Source of the DNA: a virus
Length of the DNA: 29,972 nucleotides
IMG/VR virus record: IMGVR_UViG_3300031964_000784
Reading direction: 5' to 3' (one strand)
This document shows, piece by piece, positions 1 to 8,551 of the stretch. A program made the translations under genes and the position numbers. Position 1 is the stretch's first letter. Each line of letters starts with the position of its first letter. The notes beneath the pieces are model-generated. The model searched no databases. It was not told where the DNA came from and saw only the letters and a list, made by a program, of their open reading frames with translations.

Positions 1-1
1 T

Positions 2-1333
2 GATTCGCGCGAGGACGCCATCAAGGATAGTCTTGCCAACTCGATTAACGACATCAAGGCAAACCTTGACGCGCAATTAGAGCTGTATAAGGGCAACGAC
101 CTGGCGCGGCAGGTTTTGGAAATGCAAGCAGCGGACCAGATCGAACAGGTCAACCGCCAGGCAAATGTCGTCATCGAGGCGCTGGACGCCGACCGGACGG
201 CCAAAGCAAAGCAGCAGGCCGCAGAGCTGAAAAAGGCACTCGAAACGCCGATGGATGGCCTGGCGAAGCAATGGGCAGACACGCAGCAGCAATTGCAAGG
301 GCTGCAAGATCAGTGGGCGAACGGCTTTATCACGTTGCTCGAAACGACCATGCATAAAGGCGAAAGCCGCCTGAAGCAATTCAAGCAAACCGTGTCGTCC
401 TATATGAAGCAAATCCTGACCGGCATCATGGATATTGCTATCAAGAAGGCGATGGGCGATTCGATGAAGACCGTCATCGACTCGGCAACGTCTGGACTTC
501 AGTCGGAGTTTGCGAGCCTGTTCGGCTCGTCGGCACCTAGTGGCGGCACGGGCCTAACGGGATCAAACACGCCCGCGTCCGGCGCGATGACACAGGCGGG
601 CGACTACGGCATGAGTTCGGCGGCGAGCGGCGTGTCGGGTGCGGCGTCGAACGCGGCGTCGACGGCTTCGCAGACGGCAGCGACAACTTCAGCCACGACA
701 GCGTTGACCGGCTTAACAACCAGCGTCACGCCATTGGTAACCGGTTTCGAATCGTTGCTCACTACCGCCATCACGCCATTGACAACCGCCGCGCAAGCGT
801 GCGCGACAGCACTCAACAGCGCAGCTACGTCCGCAGGTGGATCTAGCGCCGGCGGGATAGGCTCGGCCGGCGCCGGCATGATGGGCGGAGCGAGTAGTGC
901 AGGCGCAGCTTCAGATGCGGATATGTTCGCTTCTGCCTTTGCGAACGGCGGGATCATGACCAACGAGGGGCCTTTGTCATTGCGCAAGTATGCGAACGGC
1001 GGTATTGCAAATAGCCCGCAGGTCGCAATCTACGGTGAAGCTGGCCCTGAAGCCTATGTCCCGCTGCCTGATGGTCGCACGATCCCTGTGACGATCAATA
1101 CAAGTGGCGGCTCAAGCTCCGAATCAGCGAGCGCCGCTCCGGCCATCACTGTCAACGTCATCAATCAAAGCGGGACACAAGTGGCGGCGCAGCAGCAGGG
1201 TCAACCGACCATCAACGCGGGTCAAACAATCTTGAACGTGGTTCTGACCGCAGTAACGCAACCCGGTAGCTTCCGTACCGGCATGCAGAACGCGCTCAGT
1301 TCGTCTTCCTCGTCGTCCTCTAAACCAGCGTAA
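2..1333 (+). CDS. Tail tape measure protein, C-terminal part (5'-truncated by the window)
   Basis: Frame is open from base 2; helical Ala/Gln-rich region then FANGGI..YANGGI..GEAGPEAYVPLPDGRTIPV and ITVNVINQSG, typical of lambda-like TMP C-termini; upstream of tail-tip genes. Confidence 0.88.
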   Translation, partial: DSREDAIKDSLANSINDIKANLDAQLELYKGNDLARQVLEMQAADQIEQVNRQANVVIEALDADRTAKAKQQAAELKKALETPMDGLAKQWADTQQQLQGLQDQWANGFITLLETTMHKGESRLKQFKQTVSSYMKQILTGIMDIAIKKAMGDSMKTVIDSATSGLQSEFASLFGSSAPSGGTGLTGSNTPASGAMTQAGDYGMSSAASGVSGAASNAASTASQTAATTSATTALTGLTTSVTPLVTGFESLLTTAITPLTTAAQACATALNSAATSAGGSSAGGIGSAGAGMMGGASSAGAASDADMFASAFANGGIMTNEGPLSLRKYANGGIANSPQVAIYGEAGPEAYVPLPDGRTIPVTINTSGGSSSESASAAPAITVNVINQSGTQVAAQQQGQPTINAGQTILNVVLTAVTQPGSFRTGMQNALSSSSSSSSKPA

Positions 1334-1341
1334 GGATCAAT

Positions 1342-1734
1342 ATGTCAACATCAACCATCAGCACGGCGTCACCGGCGCCTTTCTTCCCTGTTCTCTCGAC
1401 AGAGCAGGACTCGAAATATTACTCGGTCGAAATGGAAGACGTCGCTGTCGTATCCGATACGGATGGCGGTTATATCGTGTCGCGCGCCAGAACGACCAAG
1501 CCGCCGCGTACCAAGTTCACGAGCGGCTTTACGGCAATCAGCAACGCCGATATGCAGTTGCTCCAGGCGTTTTACGCTTCAGTCCAGGGCGGCTCGGTGA
1601 TTTTTGGGTGGAATGACCCGATCTCGGCCACGACCTATCAGGTGCGCTTCATGGACAAAAAGCTCAATTTCAAGTACACCGGTGTCGGCTTCTCTAGCCT
1701 GTGGGACGTACAGTTCACGCTTCAATCGGTTTAA
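1342..1734 (+). CDS. Minor tail / distal tail protein (lambda gpM-like position)
   Basis: 130 aa directly after TMP; FYASVQGGSVIFGWNDP resembles gpM-type F..H.G...F.W..P; SD AAGGA. Confidence 0.7.
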   Translation: MSTSTISTASPAPFFPVLSTEQDSKYYSVEMEDVAVVSDTDGGYIVSRARTTKPPRTKFTSGFTAISNADMQLLQAFYASVQGGSVIFGWNDPISATTYQVRFMDKKLNFKYTGVGFSSLWDVQFTLQSV

Positions 1735-1738
1735 TGTG

Positions 1739-1767
1739 TTGATAAGTCATCGGTGACTTAGTATAAT
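1739..1767 (+). promoter_or_regulatory. Sigma70 promoter with palindromic operator-like site (1743-1760) across the spacer
   Basis: TTGATA (1739-44), 17 bp, TATAAT (1762-67); TAAGTCA-TCGG-TGACTTA. Confidence 0.8.
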
Positions 1768-1773
1768 CGGACT

Positions 1774-2403
1774 ATGCCTAAATCACTTTCCATTGCCAGC
1801 GTAATCGAGAAAAACCGGCTCTCTTCGGGCACGCCTTGGCTTATCTGCATCGATATTTCCGTCATCGATCCGGCGTCTGGTACGCTGGTCGAGAAGATTT
1901 ACCTCGTCCGCAATACGGAAGGGATAGTCTTCAACGGCAACACCTACATTCCAGCCAGCTTCGACATTCAGTTGATCGACGAGTCCGGCAAGCTCAACAC
2001 GGTGAATCTGGTCATCAAGGATTATACCGGCGCCATTCAAGCGCAGATGCAGCTTTATCAGGGCGGTGTTGGCTTTGCTGTCGCGGTCTCTATCGTCAAT
2101 GCGGGCAACCTGTTGCAGCCGCCCGAAGTGGTCGAATACTTTCAGGTTGTCGGCGCGTCATCGAGCGTCTACGCGGTCACCTTCTCGCTAGGCGCACCGA
2201 ACTTGCTGACGAAAGCATTTCCAAATCGCATTCAGTACCGCGACTTTTGTCAATGGCGCTACAAGGGGCCGCAATGCAACTATACCGGCCCGATGAACGC
2301 ATGCGACCTTTCACTGAATGGCGCGCAGGGGTGCGTTGCGCATGGCAACCAGGCGAACTACGGCGCATTCCCTGGCATCAACACTCAAAACACCAGCGCA
2401 TGA
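1774..2403 (+). CDS. Tail tip protein, lambda gpL-like
   Basis: C-terminal four-Cys pattern CQWRYKGPQC..ACD..GC..NYGAFPG as in the gpL Fe-S domain; synteny. Confidence 0.8.
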   Translation: MPKSLSIASVIEKNRLSSGTPWLICIDISVIDPASGTLVEKIYLVRNTEGIVFNGNTYIPASFDIQLIDESGKLNTVNLVIKDYTGAIQAQMQLYQGGVGFAVAVSIVNAGNLLQPPEVVEYFQVVGASSSVYAVTFSLGAPNLLTKAFPNRIQYRDFCQWRYKGPQCNYTGPMNACDLSLNGAQGCVAHGNQANYGAFPGINTQNTSA

Positions 2404-2780
2404 TCGCGCCTAATTACGTCGACCTGATCGGTGCGCCATTCGAGTACGGTGGTCGCGGCCCAGGCAAATTCGACTGTTACGGGCTTGTGATGGAAATGCA
2501 CAAGCGAAGCGGTCTCATCTTGCCCGACTTCGGCTTTGCAGACGACAAGGCGCTCATTTCCGCAATGATGGGCGTGACGATGCCGCAATGGAAGGAAGTC
2601 AAGCCGCGACCTGGCGCCGTTGTCCTGATTCGGATTCAGGGGCACATATCGCACGTCGGCTACATGATTGACCAGCATCAAATGATTCATACGTGGGAAT
2701 GTTCCGGTGGTGTAACGGTCATTCGCGCCGATCGATGGAAGCAACGAATTGTAGGGTTCTACGAATATGTCGGCAACTAA
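2400..2780 (+). CDS. NlpC/P60 tail assembly peptidase (gpK C-terminal-like)
   Basis: ATG 2400 overlaps the previous stop (ATGA); GAPFEYGGRG..FDCYGLV, HVG, IHT catalytic Cys/His/His pattern. The longer track ORF from 1836 is an in-frame extension over gpL. Confidence 0.88.
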   Translation: MIAPNYVDLIGAPFEYGGRGPGKFDCYGLVMEMHKRSGLILPDFGFADDKALISAMMGVTMPQWKEVKPRPGAVVLIRIQGHISHVGYMIDQHQMIHTWECSGGVTVIRADRWKQRIVGFYEYVGN

Positions 2781-5700
2781 ACAGCCAAAGAAGCGCGCCC
2801 GCAAAGCAAAGACGGTATCGGCGGCAAAGATTCAGATACCCGTTATCCGAATCGTCAATCCGTTCAACCCGCGTGAGTTCGTGCGCGAAGAGGTGGTATG
2901 GGGCGCAACCAAGACGCTGAACGACTACTTCCCCGAAGTGCCATCGGTGGTGTCGAACCAGAACGCTGTCGTTTCCATCAACGGCAAAATCGTTCCAAAA
3001 GAGCTGTTTTCTGTCACCTACCTGGACAAGACCGACAACTTGGTCGTTTGCCCGATACCGGCCGGCGGTGGGGGAGGTAGCGGCGGTGGCGGCGGTAGCG
3101 GCAAGATGATTCTTGAAATCGTCGCGATGATCGCGCTCGCTGTCGTTACGGCAGGCGCTGGTCTCGCCATTGCTGGCGCGATTGGTCTCAGCGGAACGGC
3201 GCTGACGGTTGGTGGCGCAATCATTCAAGCTGGCATTATGATGGCCGGCTCGATGCTGATTCACTCGCTTTGCGCTCAAAGTTCGCCCACCCAGACATCC
3301 ACGGCGTCGTCAAGTTACGGGATCGACGGCGCCAAGACGACATCGACCGAGGGTATGCCGGTGCCCGTATCGTACGGCACATTCCGCATGGCGGGCAACA
3401 TCGTTGATATGTACACCATCAATGACGGCAACACGCAATTGCTTTACATGCTGCTTGCCGCCGGCGAGGGCGTCGTTTCCAGTATTACCGACATCGAGAT
3501 CGATCAAAATCCGATCACCGACTACACGCAGATTCAGACCGACATCCGGCTTGGGCAGCCAAGCCAACCTGTACTGCCGTGGTTCAATCAAGTTATTGCG
3601 CCGTTCTCTGTGTCGCAAAGCCTGACGCCAACGCCGATTTACTACACAACGACGGCCAGCATTGACTCTTTCCGCATCGACCTTACGTGCCCAGGCGGAC
3701 TCTATCGTACCGACCAAAGCACCGGCGCCCTGGACATCTGGCCGGTTGGTGTTGTTATCCAGTATTGCCTGACCGGCACGAACGAATGGCAAAACATTCA
3801 GGTGACAAATCAAGTCATCGGCTGGCGCGCGGTCACGGCTATCGTCAGTAACTATCTGGCATCAGGGCTGTCCGATGTTGACGCCGATAATATCCAGATT
3901 ACGGCAGATGGCGTTGCGATGGCACTCAACACGACGACCAATCAATATCAAGTCGTGCAGCCAAACTACCAGTGGGTATTTCCCGCAGGCGCAGAAGATC
4001 CAAATGGCGTAACGTATGCTGATGCCGGTCAGCCTGTCACAGACCCGACACAGCTCGCCTACCTGAACGCGAACTACGCCTATGACACGGCCAACGCGCA
4101 GATTCCCCTGTACGGTTCGGCCCTCACGCAATATGGCGCCGGTCAAGTGGTTCTTCAGGCTGCACAACAGGCCGCCTTCCGCGCCTCGTATTACTCTGGC
4201 GCGATCCCGAACGGAATATACGACATTCGCGTGTCGCGGACGATTCTCAAATCGACCGACCCAACGGTCTCGGACGACACCTGGCTGACCGACGTCAACG
4301 AGATTCAAAACCAGGCAATAAACTACACCAACACGGCGCTGGTTGGGGTCTTTGCGGTTCTCGGCACACAAATCACCAGCGTTCCGAACGTCACCTTCCT
4401 ACACCACGGCATTCTGATCAACGTCTGGGGCGTGCCTGGCACATGGGCGACAGAAGAGCAATGGTATCCTGCCGCCAGCAGCAATCCGGCATGGATTCTA
4501 TGGGATATGCTGACCAATACGCGCTATGGCGCCTCAATACCGGAAGCGCAACTGGATCTGCCAGCATTCCAGAATTGGGCAAACTATTGCGTAGAGGAAG
4601 ACCTGAACTGGAATGGCCCGTTCGACACGGCGTCAAACATCTGGGATGCCTCGCAATTGGTATTGCGCGTCGGTCACGCGCAGCTCGTGTCGATCGGCAC
4701 GATTTACTCCATCGTTACCGAGGCCCCAAGTACGCCGGTAATGATGTTCTCAGTCGCCAACATGATCACGGACACCTACACGGAAACCTGGCTCGGTACG
4801 GCTGATCGCGCGACAGAAATCGACGTCACCTATTTTGATTCGACGGACTTCTACACGCAAAAGACGGTCAAAGTCTACGACCCAACCGCGCTCCAAGCCG
4901 GACGGCCTTCGAATCCGTCCGCGATCACGATGTATGGCGTAACGGACGTAGCGACGGCTTACAAAGAGGCGCAGTTCATGTTGAACATGAACCAGTACAT
5001 CCTCAAGACGGTGACATTCAGCGCCCCGATGGAGGCAGTCGCCTGTAACCTTGGCGATCTGGTTTATATCCAGCATGACATGCCGAACTACGCCCAGGCG
5101 GGGCGGTTTCCGGCCGGCAGCACGACTTCGGTCATTAATCTGGATCGACCAGTCACGTTGAATTACGGCATTCAGTACATTCTGCTCGTGAATCACGACA
5201 CGGCTGTCATGGCGACCGGCACCATCACCAATATCGCCCTCGACACGATATTCATCACCGGCTTTAGCGGCACGCAGACGGTATCGCGCTTTGTGGTTGG
5301 CTCCATCGACACGCGCGTATCGGGAACCTTCGAAATCGCACCTGGCGTCTTTGGGGTAACCGTAGACGACCCAACGGGGCTTGCAGTAGGCGATACCTAC
5401 ACACTCTACGAAACGGATTATGTAGAAACGGCAAACGTCGTCAACGCTACAACGCCGGACTCGCCAGCCGTAACGACCACGCTGACGCTCCAACACCCAT
5501 TGATGCAGGCTCCTGCGCTCTATGCAAATTGGATGTTCGGCGACGTCACCAAGGCGCAGCAGATTTTCCGCATCACGAAGATCGAGGGGTCGCAAGATTA
5601 CCGGCGCGACATTACGGCGCTCCAGTACAACCCCCTGGTCTATGACTTTTCGCGTTACAGCTCGTCCATCCCGCCAATGCTTGAGGCGACATCAGGCCCG

Positions 5701-7905
5701 ATCGGCCAAGTAACAAGCGTGACCGCCTACGAAGAAACCTACGTCGCAGGCCCGACCGTGGTCAGTGAAGCGCAGATCACATGGGTTGCGCCGGCCGACG
5801 GTCTATATGCCGGCGCGGACATCTGGGTTGCGCGCAATGGTGGCGCCAATGCCCTCTACGGCTCAGTCTCGAATGTTGTTAGCGCGGCAATCAGCGCGGT
5901 CAAGAACGACACCATTATCGTGACCGTTGTCGCGTTCGATGTTAATGGCAACAGGGCGCCGCTTACCGGTGCGCCTTCTTCAACGGTCTTCATCACCGGT
6001 ACTCTGCCGGTAGTGAGCGTGGGTGGCGTCACTGGCACCGAATTCCTCTGGGTTGGCCGCGATCTTCTGTTGAATTGGAATTACAACTCGACAACCGCCT
6101 CGTACGAATTCGGATCTGAACCGACCGGCGCCGACGCCGGATCGCTCGACCCGCAATTTCAAGACTATCAAGTTCAAGTGTTCGATCAAACGGGCACCGT
6201 TCTGCGCAGAACCGAGTATGTGACGGCCAATAGCTACTTCTACCCGTATGAACACAACTTCTCGGATGGACTTGAACGCTACCTGCAAGTGCAAATTTGC
6301 ATGCGTGACACGTCCAATAATCTGGGCAAAGTGTCGACGGTAGATTGTTTGAATACGCCGCCAACGATTACCGGCACTACCGCAACGGCGAACTTCGACA
6401 GCGCGGCAATATCGTACACGTATTCGACCTGTGCTGACTTTGCCGGCACGATCGTCTTCATGTCAGAAGCGGAAGAGGATATTTCTGGCGATATCACGTC
6501 GACGGCAATGCAGGCATTCAAGGTATTCGACGGCCCTGACTCGGTTATCAATCTGACAAACTTGATGTTTGCCACGAACTACTTCTATCGCATTGCCGCG
6601 TATGACGTATTTGGCGAGACAGAACTGACGCCGTTTGCACCTTGCGCTTTTGCCACGACTAATCTGAATGTCGCAGCAATTGCCGCTGGCGCGCTTACAA
6701 TTCCAATGCTCAGTACCGATCTGCAAACTCAGATCGAACTGATCAGCGGATCGCCAGATATGGCCGGCAGCGTCGCCGCGCAGATATTGGTGTCGGCAAA
6801 TGCGCAGACGGCGGCATTGGAGGCAGAGGCGCTGGCGCGTGGCACCGCCGTTACCGACCTGACAAACTCGCTCAACACGGCGACGACAGGGATAGCCACG
6901 CAGATCGATACGCTCACTGCGACGACGAACTCAAACGCTGCCGCCATCGAATCAAACCAGGCAGCACAAACGACCATCAATACGTCGACAGCGGCGTCAT
7001 TGACTACGTTGCTGGCTGATGTTGGGGCCAACGGCGCAAGTATTATCGCCAACGCCACTACAGCCGCAACCGCAACCTCGGCCGTCGCGTCCGAAGTTGG
7101 CGCCTTGCAGTCGGCGGTCAGTGGCGCCCAAGCGCTTATCACGACAAACGCCCAAACGGCTGCTGCGGCGAACGCTGCGACAGCGCAATCGCTGAACCTG
7201 CTATCGACTACCGTCGGCAACAATACGACCACCATTGATGAGGCAATGACCTCAATCAACGGGTTGAGCGGCCAATACACAGTCAAGATCGACACCAACG
7301 GCTACGTGGCGGGCTTTGGCTTGGCAACGACGGCAGCGAACGGCGCCCCAACGTCCGAATTCCTCGTTCGGGCCGATTCGTTCGCAGTCACGATGCCAAG
7401 CTACCCATCGGTCAACCCGTTCACCATCGGCGCGGTCAATGGCGTTCCAGAGGTAATCCTGTCAAGCGCCCTGATTGGTGACGCGACAATTTCGACCGCA
7501 AAGATCGGCAACCTTCAGGTCACGAACGCGCAGATGGCAAGTCTAACCGTCGGCACCAATCAAATCACCGGTAACGCGGTTACGCAAACGGCCGCCGCCG
7601 CAGGCTCAAGCTCGGTAAGCGTGCCACTGACAACGATCGGCGGCAACGTCCAGATTCTTTGCCAGGTGACAGGCATCGCGGCGGGCGCAAGCGGCTATCA
7701 AAACACGACAGCCACCCTGACTAGGGTCGTGAGCGCCGGCACCGTGATTACGACAAACAGTTGTGCCGTTGAAAACGGACAGGCGGTGACAATTCCAATT
7801 ATGTGGCTTGATTCGCCCGCAGCGGGCACTTACTCGTACGTGCTTACGACGTCTGGCTTCTCATCCTGCTCAACATTTATCTCGGTACTGGAGCTGAAAA
7901 AATGA
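2767..7905 (+). CDS. Central tail tip / host-specificity protein (gpI-like N-terminus fused to gpJ-like body)
   Basis: 1712 aa; PVPVSYG, SNPAWILWDMLTNTRYG, FN3-like segments, Ala/Thr coiled coil, YTVKIDTNGYVAGFGL..SEFLVRADSF (DUF1983-like). Confidence 0.9.
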   Translation: MSATKQPKKRARKAKTVSAAKIQIPVIRIVNPFNPREFVREEVVWGATKTLNDYFPEVPSVVSNQNAVVSINGKIVPKELFSVTYLDKTDNLVVCPIPAGGGGGSGGGGGSGKMILEIVAMIALAVVTAGAGLAIAGAIGLSGTALTVGGAIIQAGIMMAGSMLIHSLCAQSSPTQTSTASSSYGIDGAKTTSTEGMPVPVSYGTFRMAGNIVDMYTINDGNTQLLYMLLAAGEGVVSSITDIEIDQNPITDYTQIQTDIRLGQPSQPVLPWFNQVIAPFSVSQSLTPTPIYYTTTASIDSFRIDLTCPGGLYRTDQSTGALDIWPVGVVIQYCLTGTNEWQNIQVTNQVIGWRAVTAIVSNYLASGLSDVDADNIQITADGVAMALNTTTNQYQVVQPNYQWVFPAGAEDPNGVTYADAGQPVTDPTQLAYLNANYAYDTANAQIPLYGSALTQYGAGQVVLQAAQQAAFRASYYSGAIPNGIYDIRVSRTILKSTDPTVSDDTWLTDVNEIQNQAINYTNTALVGVFAVLGTQITSVPNVTFLHHGILINVWGVPGTWATEEQWYPAASSNPAWILWDMLTNTRYGASIPEAQLDLPAFQNWANYCVEEDLNWNGPFDTASNIWDASQLVLRVGHAQLVSIGTIYSIVTEAPSTPVMMFSVANMITDTYTETWLGTADRATEIDVTYFDSTDFYTQKTVKVYDPTALQAGRPSNPSAITMYGVTDVATAYKEAQFMLNMNQYILKTVTFSAPMEAVACNLGDLVYIQHDMPNYAQAGRFPAGSTTSVINLDRPVTLNYGIQYILLVNHDTAVMATGTITNIALDTIFITGFSGTQTVSRFVVGSIDTRVSGTFEIAPGVFGVTVDDPTGLAVGDTYTLYETDYVETANVVNATTPDSPAVTTTLTLQHPLMQAPALYANWMFGDVTKAQQIFRITKIEGSQDYRRDITALQYNPLVYDFSRYSSSIPPMLEATSGPIGQVTSVTAYEETYVAGPTVVSEAQITWVAPADGLYAGADIWVARNGGANALYGSVSNVVSAAISAVKNDTIIVTVVAFDVNGNRAPLTGAPSSTVFITGTLPVVSVGGVTGTEFLWVGRDLLLNWNYNSTTASYEFGSEPTGADAGSLDPQFQDYQVQVFDQTGTVLRRTEYVTANSYFYPYEHNFSDGLERYLQVQICMRDTSNNLGKVSTVDCLNTPPTITGTTATANFDSAAISYTYSTCADFAGTIVFMSEAEEDISGDITSTAMQAFKVFDGPDSVINLTNLMFATNYFYRIAAYDVFGETELTPFAPCAFATTNLNVAAIAAGALTIPMLSTDLQTQIELISGSPDMAGSVAAQILVSANAQTAALEAEALARGTAVTDLTNSLNTATTGIATQIDTLTATTNSNAAAIESNQAAQTTINTSTAASLTTLLADVGANGASIIANATTAATATSAVASEVGALQSAVSGAQALITTNAQTAAAANAATAQSLNLLSTTVGNNTTTIDEAMTSINGLSGQYTVKIDTNGYVAGFGLATTAANGAPTSEFLVRADSFAVTMPSYPSVNPFTIGAVNGVPEVILSSALIGDATISTAKIGNLQVTNAQMASLTVGTNQITGNAVTQTAAAAGSSSVSVPLTTIGGNVQILCQVTGIAAGASGYQNTTATLTRVVSAGTVITTNSCAVENGQAVTIPIMWLDSPAAGTYSYVLTTSGFSSCSTFISVLELKK

Positions 7906-8291
7906 CCATGCTGGTTGATCCATCAAATCCCAATAATCCGACTCTGTTTGTGTGTCACGACCAGGCCGGCCTAATCACGCAGGTAGGCGTAGTGCCGGCT
8001 TACGCAATGGCGCTTCTGACGACATCGACAGTAAGCGTGATTGAGGGAACGGCCGATCTCAATTTGGACTACGTGCTTAATGGGGTGGTGACGCCACGCC
8101 CAGCAAACTCTGCGACGATTGCCGGCACGGAGCTGTCGAACCTACCGAACCCTTGCACGATTTCGATCAATGGTTCGCCGTACCCTTGCGCTGACACAAG
8201 CGCCGCGCTCTCGCTTACCCAAAGCGGCACCTACGCTGTAAAGGTGTCGGCCTTCCCCTATCTCGATGCCAATTTTACGGTGACAGCATGA
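7902..8291 (+). CDS. Tail-associated hypothetical protein
   Basis: 129 aa, ATGA-coupled to gpJ; YVLNGVVTPRP..LSNLPNPCTISING..GTYAVKVSAFPY. Confidence 0.6.
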   Translation: MTMLVDPSNPNNPTLFVCHDQAGLITQVGVVPAYAMALLTTSTVSVIEGTADLNLDYVLNGVVTPRPANSATIAGTELSNLPNPCTISINGSPYPCADTSAALSLTQSGTYAVKVSAFPYLDANFTVTA

Positions 8292-8482
8292 TAAAGATTA
8301 CGCACACGGAAGACTACCGCAAGTTGCGGGCGAAAGAATACCCGCCATTGGTGGACTTTGCTGACGCAATGTATTGGCACACGCAGGGGGATGATTCCTC
8401 GTTGCTGGAGGCTTATATGGCTAAATGCGCAGAGGTCAAGAAAAAGTACCCCAAGTTGCCTCTGCCGCCAAAGAAAGATTAA
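8288..8482 (+). CDS. Small tail-associated phage protein
   Basis: 64 aa, ATGA-coupled; YRKLRAKEYPP..ADAMYW..VKKKYPK motif common in small phage tail genes. Confidence 0.65.
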   Translation: MIKITHTEDYRKLRAKEYPPLVDFADAMYWHTQGDDSSLLEAYMAKCAEVKKKYPKLPLPPKKD

Positions 8483-8494
8483 TTGCGGCCTTAT

Positions 8495-8524
8495 ACATAA
8501 GTCACCAATGACTTATGTTAGAAT
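8495..8524 (+). promoter_or_regulatory. Perfect operator-like palindrome with extended -10 promoter upstream of the tail fibre gene
   Basis: ACATAAGTCA-CCAA-TGACTTATGT (10-bp arms, 8495-8518); TGnTAGAAT at 8516-8524. Confidence 0.7.
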
Positions 8525-8551
8525 TTGCAGAATTCGAATTGGTGGAATGAA

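Noticed and set aside
1836-2399. 314-aa version of the NlpC/P60 ORF
   Set aside because: Overlaps the gpL-like gene out of frame; the ATGA-coupled start at 2400 explains the domain
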